Source of the DNA: an uncultured Methanosarcinales archaeon
GTDB taxonomy: Archaea; Nanobdellota; Nanobdellia; Woesearchaeales; JACPBV01
Length of the DNA: 20,000 bases
NCBI GenBank assembly: GCA_964577685.1
Contig: CAZNZT010000004.1
Location: forward strand, 54,563 to 74,562
Direction of reading: 5' to 3'
Position 1 is the stretch's first letter. Each line of letters opens with the position of its first letter. Positions 7,701-15,600 of the stretch are shown here, piece by piece. The notes below the pieces were generated by a model, which made no database searches, had not been told where the DNA came from, and worked only from the letters and a program-made list of their open reading frames with translations. Made by a program: the position numbers and the translations under genes.

Positions 7701-8218
7701 TTTATAGCTTCCTCTATAGCGTTAATTACAATATCTTCTCCAAACAGTACATCACCTTTTCTTATTATTTCCCTTATCTCTTCTTTGCTTTTCAATGCTC
7801 CTACAAATTCTTCTTCATAAATGCAGGTTAGGTTTATATTGTTGAGCTCCCTCATACATATATCCCTTACAGCTTCCTTGTCACTTGTTATAACAAGAAG
7901 ATTCTTACCATCAAATATAGCTGATTTACTTTCTTTTTTTATTTTATTTGTTTCTATTTTTTGATTATAAAAGTCAATCAGGGCTATTGCTGCTAGATGC
8001 TTAGCCACGCTGTTTTCAAGGTTTATCTGATAGAAAAGCCCAGTTCCTAACTTTTCAGCCTTTACTATATTGTCTTTTTCCAATTTTTTTAGGACAGCAT
8101 GGATTCCTGTAGGGCTTGTTTTTAGCTCTGATGCAATACCCCTTATAGTTAGTTTTCTTGAGAAATTCCTGATTAGAAAAGAGATTAGTCTAAAGCCATT
8201 TTTGCTTATTGACTCCAT
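7697..8218 (-). CDS. Winged-HTH transcriptional regulator fused to a degenerate minimal-nucleotidyltransferase (MNT)-like domain
   Basis: N-terminal LTIRGIASELKTSPTGIHAVLKKLEKDNIV...G...YQINL is a wHTH. The C-terminal half (SAIFDG..LLVI...EEF...EIIRKGDVLFGED) follows the HTH-MNT pattern but lacks GS and DxD. ATGA overlap with the 1313-aa gene. Confidence 0.75.
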   Translation of the reverse strand: MESISKNGFRLISFLIRNFSRKLTIRGIASELKTSPTGIHAVLKKLEKDNIVKAEKLGTGLFYQINLENSVAKHLAAIALIDFYNQKIETNKIKKESKSAIFDGKNLLVITSDKEAVRDICMRELNNINLTCIYEEEFVGALKSKEEIREIIRKGDVLFGEDIVINAIEEAIK

Positions 8219-8242
8219 CGTTTTATACTTTATTAGAGCAAT

Positions 8243-8250
8243 TATTTAAA
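8243..8250 (-). promoter_or_regulatory. TATA box for the wHTH/repeat-protein operon
   Basis: TTTAAATA on the - strand, 25-32 nt upstream of ATG8218, within a ~12% GC intergenic region. Confidence 0.55.
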
Positions 8251-8398
8251 TTTTTCTATTTTTTGTTATATAAATTTTTACATAAATTTCATTTTTTATA
8301 TCAAAAACAATAATTTTTTTAATAGGAATTTAATAAATTATTACATAGAATTACTTTATTATAACTATCGTAATAAAAATTATAACAATAGTTCTAAA

Positions 8399-10462
8399 TT
8401 AATCTACTATACTCATATGCTCGTTTTTGCTTATTCTTATTACATTGTCTACAAAGCTTTCTATCTTTGGCTCGTGGGACACGATTATAATTTGCCTTAT
8501 ACCTAGTTGCTCAAGAACTGTTCTTATCTTGTCTAGCTGTTCTGATGAGAATCCATCTGTAGGTTCATCAAGCATCAGAATATCTTTTGTTTTTATCTGT
8601 GAAACAACATCATTTACCACTTTGTTTAACGCTAACCTGTATGCTAGGGCTACTGCTGTTCTTTCTCCTCCAGAGAGGTTTTCAATGGATGTTTCATATC
8701 CATTTTGTTCTATAATTGGTGTAAAATCATTGTCTAATCTTACATTTAGGCTTTCATCTTCTATTAGAATATTAAACCATTGTTGGAACAGCTGATTGAA
8801 TTCCATGTAGACTTGCAGCATAACATGTTTTTCTATATTTTCCATCAGTTTAATAAAATGTTCCTCTATCCAGTTTTTATATTGAGAAACAACCTTTAAT
8901 AAGGATTTAATCTTCAGTTTTCTTTCTATCTCTTCTTCAATCTTCTTCACGATTCTGGTGATTTCATTTATTTTTACTTCTAATTCCCTCTTTTCTATCT
9001 CTACTTTTTTTTCTTTCTCTAATGTTGAGTCCAGTTCTGTTTTGATTTTTCTATACTCTTGCTCTACATCTTTTATTCTTTCAATCTCTTCATTTAGTTT
9101 TATTTTCTTTGTGTTTATTTCTCCTATTCTCTTTTTAATTTCGTTTTGTTCTTTTTCAATTAGCTTTACCTTCTCTTCCTTTTCTTGTAGCGTTCTTTTC
9201 TTAACTTCTATGGCTTTTACTTCTATCTGTTTTTTTCTCAGCTCTTTTAATCCTTCTTCAATCTGTAGCAACCTTTTTTTGTTTTCTTCCTCTTCTTTTT
9301 TTATGACCTCCTGTTTTTTTCTCAGCTCTTTTATCTTTTCCTCTTCAGCTTCTTCTATGCTTTTTTTGTGTTCCTCTCTAACATCCTGCAAACAGGTTGG
9401 ACATTTTTTTATTTTTCTTATCTTTTCAACAGTTTCTTTTGAGTGGTTTATCTTTGTTTCAATCTCTGAAAGTTTTTTATTTATTTCAACCTTTTTTTCC
9501 CTGAGTTTTTCTAGTTCTTTTTCTTTTTCTTTTATTTTTTCAAAGAAGTTTTTGATGTCCTTTATCCCAAACTTTTCTAACTCCTCTTTTATTAGGTTTA
9601 TCTCTTTTAATAATTTTTCCAACTCCTCTCTGTTCTTGTTTCTTTTCTCAACATTGTTTCTTAGCTTTATTTCTTCTAGTTCAAATTGTTTTTTTAGTTG
9701 ATTTAATCTGTTAATCTGTTCTTCTTTTTTTTCAACTAGCCTTTTTTTTTCATTGACTTGTTCTTTTATATGTTGAATCTTTGGCAGCAGTTTTTTCAGG
9801 TTTTCATTGACTTCTTTTAATCTGCTTTCATTTTCTGCTTTCTCTCTTTTCTTTTCTTCCAAATCTTCTATCTGCCCTTCAAAGCATTTCTTTTTTTCTC
9901 TTAGTTCCTTTATGTATATCTGGGCGTTTTCTCTTATTCTCTTATATTTGTCTATGTTGAATAGCTTTCTTAGTGTGTCTAGCCTAATGTCCTTGTCTTC
10001 TAGAAGTATTTGCTTCATTTGTTCTTGCGGCGTATAAACAGTATATCTGTATATGATGTCTTTGCTTTTGCTTATGAGTTCTTTTGGATAACCTAGTAAG
10101 TCAAATATCTTGCTTTTTAGTTCAATATGGGTTCCTTCTTTTTTTATTCCATCTATTATTATGTATCCTGTTTCTTGTTTTATGTCTTCTTTTCCTCTCT
10201 TTAATGTTCTTTTTATTGTTATTTCTTTACCTTCCAGCTCAAACTTAAGTTCAACTTCTCCATGCTTTTTTCCATGCCTTAGCAGAGAGGAACCACTTAG
10301 CTGTTTTCTTCTTATACCAAATAATGCAAATTCTATTGCTAGCAGGATTGTGCTTTTTCCGGAACCAATGTCTCCTGCGAGAAGAGTTGAACCCGGTGGG
10401 AATTCTATTGCTTGATTTTCATAGCTTCTTATATTTCTAAGCTTTATGGATTTTATAAACAT
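8399..10462 (-). CDS. rad50: Rad50/SbcC-type SMC-family DNA repair ATPase
   Basis: Walker A GDIGSGKST, Q-loop YTPQ, central Zn-hook CPTC between coiled coils, signature LSGGE, Walker B/D-loop LMLDEPT, H-loop SHE. Confidence 0.9.
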   Translation of the reverse strand: MFIKSIKLRNIRSYENQAIEFPPGSTLLAGDIGSGKSTILLAIEFALFGIRRKQLSGSSLLRHGKKHGEVELKFELEGKEITIKRTLKRGKEDIKQETGYIIIDGIKKEGTHIELKSKIFDLLGYPKELISKSKDIIYRYTVYTPQEQMKQILLEDKDIRLDTLRKLFNIDKYKRIRENAQIYIKELREKKKCFEGQIEDLEEKKREKAENESRLKEVNENLKKLLPKIQHIKEQVNEKKRLVEKKEEQINRLNQLKKQFELEEIKLRNNVEKRNKNREELEKLLKEINLIKEELEKFGIKDIKNFFEKIKEKEKELEKLREKKVEINKKLSEIETKINHSKETVEKIRKIKKCPTCLQDVREEHKKSIEEAEEEKIKELRKKQEVIKKEEEENKKRLLQIEEGLKELRKKQIEVKAIEVKKRTLQEKEEKVKLIEKEQNEIKKRIGEINTKKIKLNEEIERIKDVEQEYRKIKTELDSTLEKEKKVEIEKRELEVKINEITRIVKKIEEEIERKLKIKSLLKVVSQYKNWIEEHFIKLMENIEKHVMLQVYMEFNQLFQQWFNILIEDESLNVRLDNDFTPIIEQNGYETSIENLSGGERTAVALAYRLALNKVVNDVVSQIKTKDILMLDEPTDGFSSEQLDKIRTVLEQLGIRQIIIVSHEPKIESFVDNVIRISKNEHMSIVD

Positions 10463-10488
10463 CCTAATTTTTGAAGTAAGAAAGGCGC

Positions 10489-10496
10489 ATATAAAA
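10489..10496 (-). promoter_or_regulatory. TATA box for rad50
   Basis: TTTTATAT on the - strand, 27-34 nt upstream of ATG10462. Confidence 0.5.
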
Positions 10497-10498
10497 AA

Positions 10499-11203
10499 TT
10501 ATCTTCTTCTATGAGTAAAGTATCTTCTTTTTTTCTGATTTAGATACTCTAACAACTTTTTCCTAGTGCCTTGTTCTTGGGTTCTGGCTACTAGTGTGTA
10601 GGTTTCTATTAACCTCATTATTTCTCTTCTCTGATGGTAGGGGCTTAGTCTTCTGAATTGTTGCTCCCATTTGTCAATTATTCTTTTTGCCCTTTGTCTT
10701 TTGTTTTTTTGAGCGTTTAAAATATAGCCCTTATTCCTTTTTATTAGCTGGACTATCTCAGCCCTCATCTCTTCAGCAATAGGATTTCTTCCGTATGGTC
10801 TTAGTTTTTGATATAGCCTTCTTAGTTTTCTGTTTTCTTCTATTGCTTCTTCAGTGTACCAGTATTTATAACCCCCATCATTGTCATTATAGTCTGCGAT
10901 TGTCCTTCTCATTGAGAATATTCTGTGCTCTATAGAATCAAGTTCTTCTCTGTATTTCCTTAGCCTTGGGTCTTCTATTGTTCTTCCTTCGCTTTTTTTC
11001 CATGCTTTTGTAGGTCTTTGTAAGTATGGTAGTGTGATTGCCAAATCTGGGGCTGTAAGTTCATCTGGTCTTGGAATAATATCAGAAATTGTTTGTGCAT
11101 TATCGGCTCTTTCTGTTAGTCCTCTTCCACATCCATTTAGTGCTGTGGATATGGCTATGGCTATATATCCAATTCCATTTAATATTCTGGTTTTTTTTAT
11201 CAC
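10499..11203 (-). CDS. Hypothetical Arg/Lys-rich helical protein with lipobox-like signal (putative lipoprotein)
   Basis: GTG start. MIKKTR, a hydrophobic stretch, then LNG-C lipobox pattern. The rest is strongly basic and helical-looking. Confidence 0.65.
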   Translation of the reverse strand: MIKKTRILNGIGYIAIAISTALNGCGRGLTERADNAQTISDIIPRPDELTAPDLAITLPYLQRPTKAWKKSEGRTIEDPRLRKYREELDSIEHRIFSMRRTIADYNDNDGGYKYWYTEEAIEENRKLRRLYQKLRPYGRNPIAEEMRAEIVQLIKRNKGYILNAQKNKRQRAKRIIDKWEQQFRRLSPYHQRREIMRLIETYTLVARTQEQGTRKKLLEYLNQKKRRYFTHRRR

Positions 11204-11228
11204 TCTATAGGAGAGAATTATTCCTCTG

Positions 11229-11275
11229 TATTTAAGATTTTTCTTTTTTGGATTTTTATGGAAAAGATTTTATAT
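11229..11275. promoter_or_regulatory. Back-to-back divergent TATA promoters
   Basis: CTTAAATA on the - strand (11229-11236) lies 26-33 nt before GTG11203. GAAAAG followed by TTTTATAT (11268-11275) on the + strand lies 23-30 nt before ATG11298. Confidence 0.6.
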
Positions 11276-11297
11276 TTCTGTTGTTTTAATGTATCTT

Positions 11298-11639
11298 ATG
11301 AAAATAATAAAACAAAAAGATGGTAGCTATAAGGTAGAGAGTAGTTCAAGGAAAGGGAAATTCTATATTGTTGACCTAAAAAAGCAGACATGTACCTGCC
11401 CTCATTTCCTTTTGAGGATGAAAAAAGTACATGGCCTTTGCAAACATATTCAAGCTGTTAAGGATATGGTTGAAAGAAGGGATGTAAAGACATATGGGAG
11501 GATAATAGGTTATGTTGAAAAGAAGAGGGTGGTTGATTCCTTGGAGTTAATAAAAAGGTTTGGTGAGGCTGCTGTTGATGATTTAATTAGCAGAGGGGAG
11601 CTGATTGAAGAAGGCGGGAAGATTAGGGTGCTAAAATAG
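11298..11639 (+). CDS. SWIM zinc-finger protein with short C-terminal wHTH-like region
   Basis: YIVDL...CTCPHF...CKH matches the SWIM CxC-xn-CxH pattern. ATG11298 is preferred over 11289 from TATA spacing. Confidence 0.85.
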   Translation: MKIIKQKDGSYKVESSSRKGKFYIVDLKKQTCTCPHFLLRMKKVHGLCKHIQAVKDMVERRDVKTYGRIIGYVEKKRVVDSLELIKRFGEAAVDDLISRGELIEEGGKIRVLK

Positions 11640-12611
11640 TTATTCGTTTAACTTTTTCTTTAGCCATTCAATAACCTCTACTGGTGTTGGATCAACCCTT
11701 TCTCTTAAGGCGAGATAATATGATGTGTAATCTCCTAACTGGATTGTAGAGAACATTCTTGCTAATAGCGAGTCCCCTCTTACAAATACTTCTTCAACAT
11801 CTATTCTTTCCTCCATAATCTCTGCACATACATCCATCCTCTTTTTTATTCTTGGATGGTCTTTTTCATCCCTCAGCATGATTGCTATAAATCTGTCCCT
11901 CTGCATTCCTCTAAAGGCATTAATCTCATTATGGTTCATTTCAGGGAAGACTGAATGATATGCTGGATATTTTGCGTTCTCATTTATTTGTGTCTGCCAC
12001 CTATATGCTACTGGTTTTAATAGTTCTGATGAGTATATTATGGGAAGCTTTCCTTGGATTTTCTTTGCTAGCTTCTCTGCATATTCCTTTGTTTTTTCTT
12101 TATCTTTCAATAATGCAAGCATCTCATTTAAATCTGGGTTTTTGACCTCAATTAGGTTGGAGTTATATAAAACACCAAGCATTGGAAAGAACAAGTAACC
12201 AAGGGCACATCTTGGTTGTAGGCCAGATGGAATTATTATTTTTTTGTTACATTCTTCTGCTAGTTTTCCTCCTGATGTAATACCTATTATTTTTGCATTC
12301 TTTTTCTGTGCATCGTGGAATGAGGAGATAGTTTCCTCTGTGTTCCCAGAATAGCTTACCACAAATACAAGGGTATATTCGTCAACCCATTCTGGTACAT
12401 TATAATTTCTGTTGATGAATACTGGTAACTTAGTGTTGTTTGTATATGCTTTTAACAAGTCCCCACCAATAGCACTACCACCCATACCACAGACAACTAT
12501 TGAGGTTACTTCACCATGTACTGTTATTCCCTTTGCTAGTGTTAGGGCTTCTCTGCACTGAATAGGGAAATTGTCCAGAACCTCTATCATATTTTTTTTG
12601 TCAACAACCAT
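11640..12611 (-). CDS. Bifunctional phosphoglucose/phosphomannose isomerase (SIS-domain PGI/PMI)
   Basis: GMGGSAIGGD, SYSGNTEET, QPR, ENAK, PEMNHNE and VDPTPV..I..LK motifs. Confidence 0.95.
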   Translation of the reverse strand: MVVDKKNMIEVLDNFPIQCREALTLAKGITVHGEVTSIVVCGMGGSAIGGDLLKAYTNNTKLPVFINRNYNVPEWVDEYTLVFVVSYSGNTEETISSFHDAQKKNAKIIGITSGGKLAEECNKKIIIPSGLQPRCALGYLFFPMLGVLYNSNLIEVKNPDLNEMLALLKDKEKTKEYAEKLAKKIQGKLPIIYSSELLKPVAYRWQTQINENAKYPAYHSVFPEMNHNEINAFRGMQRDRFIAIMLRDEKDHPRIKKRMDVCAEIMEERIDVEEVFVRGDSLLARMFSTIQLGDYTSYYLALRERVDPTPVEVIEWLKKKLNE

Positions 12612-12636
12612 TTTAGTAACCTTTAGATTGAACTAT

Positions 12637-12645
12637 TATTTATAA
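12637..12645 (-). promoter_or_regulatory. TATA box for PGI/PMI
   Basis: TTATAAATA on the - strand, 26-34 nt upstream of ATG12611. Confidence 0.55.
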
Positions 12646-12657
12646 TTTATGGCTTAG

Positions 12658-15600
12658 CTAGTTTTCTATCGTAATACTTGTGTTTTTCTTTACCTTAACC
12701 CAATACGCCTTTCCTGGATTTAATTTTTTTAGTGTATTTAGTTCAACAGGTTGTTCTGGATTGAAATAGAGCCATTTTCCATTTGCATATCCTAATACAG
12801 CCTCCACTTCGCTGAGGTTTAGAATATCTTCAATTGCCTTCTCTGTTGTTGATGGGTAGCCTATCAGATTCCATCCTTCAACAAGGTTTATGTTTATCGG
12901 GTAGTTATAGGTATGACCTATAATGTTTAATTTTTTGTCTTCTAGGGAATTTATCCATAAGCCGTTCTCTTTTTCTATTGTTTCAAAGTTGTTCTTGTCA
13001 TTTGTATAGAACAAGTACTTCTTATTTGTATTGTCAAAGGAATATATTGAGGTATAATCTAGCTGTCTGAATATTTCTTTTAGTGAGTTGTTTACTGGTT
13101 CTACTGGTAGCGATATTAGATTCCAGCTTTTGTTGATTTCAATTTGAGTTGTTCCAGTGAATTCTATTGTGATATTGGTTATGTCAATTTTTCCTTCAGG
13201 GGAGAGTTGTTTTAGGGCTATTGGGATGTATCTATCCTGATTACTAGTATTATAGAATCGAGCTAGGTAGGTAAGATTGATATGCTTTTTTTCTCCAGTT
13301 TCTATGCTATGCTCTATTTCATGGTTGTTTAGTATGTCTATCAGCAATAGATTGTTAATATCTTTGGATACCTTTGCTATATACATCATAAATTCTTTTC
13401 TCCCAGCAATAATGTACCCCCCATCCGGTGTTTGTTGGACTGAACGAGCGTCATCTAAGTCATAAAGCCCACCTATGAACATATATCTTTCTAAATTGCC
13501 GTTTGGATCTGTTTTTATTAGGTAGATATCACTTCCTTTGGCATCAGTTTGGTTGGTAGAACCAACGACAATATAGCCACCATCATTCGTTTGTTGAACT
13601 GAATACCCCTTATCATTGTCATCACCACCAAATGTTTTCTCCCATTGAACATTCCCGTTAGAATCTGTTTTAATCAAGTAGATATCATTTCCACCGGAAC
13701 CAAATGAGCTAGTATAACCAGCAATAATATAGCCACCATCATTCGTTTGTTGAACTGAGTATGCTTCATCATTGCTACCCCCACCAAAAGTCTTCTGCCA
13801 TTGAAAATTCCCATTAACATCTGTTTTTATTAAATAGACATCTTTGCCACCAGCACCGAATGAACTGGTAGTACCAGCGATAATGTACTTTCTGTCTGTT
13901 GTTTTCTGGATTGAGTATCCCTTGCCATCAAGTGTTTTCTCCCATTGAATATTTCCATTAGAGTCTGTTTTAATCAATTTAGAGCCAACAACTATATATT
14001 CTGAGCTTAGTGTTTGTTGTACTGAGTAAACCTCCTCTCCAGAGTCTCCTATTTTTTTGTCCCACTGGATATTGCCTTCAGAGTCTGTTTTTATTAAGTG
14101 AGCACCAGCATTTTCGTTTAAGTTTAATATACTATCAAAACCAGCGATAATATAACCATTGTCGTTTGTTTGTTGGACTGAATAGCCCCATTCAATTGGT
14201 CCTCCACTACTACTGAGACTCTTATACCACTTTACTTCTCCATTGCCGTCCATTTTTACTAAACAAATATCAAAGAAAGCATTTCCTGGTATGTTGCATG
14301 TCCCAGTAATAATGTAGTTATTGTCATTTGTTGGTTGTATAGAGAGGGCTCCAATATAAAATGGGTCGGCTAAATAGTTATGTTTTTCTATCAGGGTTTT
14401 TTCCCATTCAATGTTTGTTCTTGAACACTTTTTGTTTTGGTTACAATAGTTGCTTATGCAGTCGTAGTTGACTAGACATGACTTTCCATTGCTGCATGGA
14501 TGACATTCACCACCACAGTCTATATCTGTCTCAGTTTTGTCTTTTATACCATCGTAGCACGGAGGGATTGCTGTATTTTTTGTTTTTATGAGGTAAGCAT
14601 CACCGTTAATGTCAAGAGATTCTGTATAACCAGCAACAATATAACCATTATCTGCTGTCTGCTGAACTGATCTAGCTTCATCCCAAGCAGACCCACCGAA
14701 AGCCCAGTCCCACTCAAAATTCCCATTAGCATCTGTTTTTATTAGATAGGCGTTACACTCAGGCCAATTGAATCCTTTTGTGCCAAGGTAAACACTACAA
14801 CCAGCAATAATATAACCATCATCTGCTGTTTGCTGGACTGAAGAAGCACTAATATCACCACCCCCCATAAATGTCTTCTGCCATTCAAGGTTCCCACTAG
14901 AATCTGTCTTTACTAGGTAAACATCACCGCTCCTACCGAATGAGTCAGTAGGACCAGTAATAATGTAACCATTATCTGCTGTTTGCTGGACTGAGTAAGC
15001 CACATCCCAATCGTTCCCACCAAATGTCTTCTGCCACTGAACATTCCCGTTAGAATCTGTTTTAACCAAGTAGGCATCAATTCCACTAGAACCAAATGAG
15101 CCTGTAGAACCAGCAACAATATACCCCCCATCAGTTGTTTGCTGGACTGAGCGTATTTCATCATTGCTACTTCCACCAAAAGTCTTCTGCCATTGAAAAT
15201 TCCCATTAACATCTGTTTTTATTAAATAACCATCTTCATAACCAGCCCCAAATGATTTTGTACCACCAGCAATAATATAACCATTATCTGCTGTTTGCTG
15301 AACTGAATATGCCCCATCATCATCACTTCCACCAAAAGTCTTCTGCCACTGAAGATTCCCATCAACATCTGTTTTTATTAGATATACATTACCATTACTA
15401 CCGAATGAGTCAGTATAACCAGCAATGATATAACCACCATCAGTTGTTTGCTGGACTGAGTATGCTTCTTCAAACCCGCTGTCACCGAAGGTCTTTTGCC
15501 ATTCAATATCTCCTGCAGTATTTATTTTTACTAAATAAACATCACCGCCAACACCAAAAGAAAAAGTACCACCAGTAACTATATAGCCATTATCATTTGT

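Noticed and set aside
8219..8398. Replication origin call
   Set aside because: AT-rich, but no recognisable ORB (G-string) repeats and no adjacent cdc6/orc1. Kept only as a low-confidence regulatory finding.
8427..10415. Plus-strand ORFs antisense to rad50 (122, 247, 76, 101 aa)
   Set aside because: Phe/Ser/Leu-rich shadows of a Lys/Glu-rich coiled-coil gene, with no motifs or start signals.
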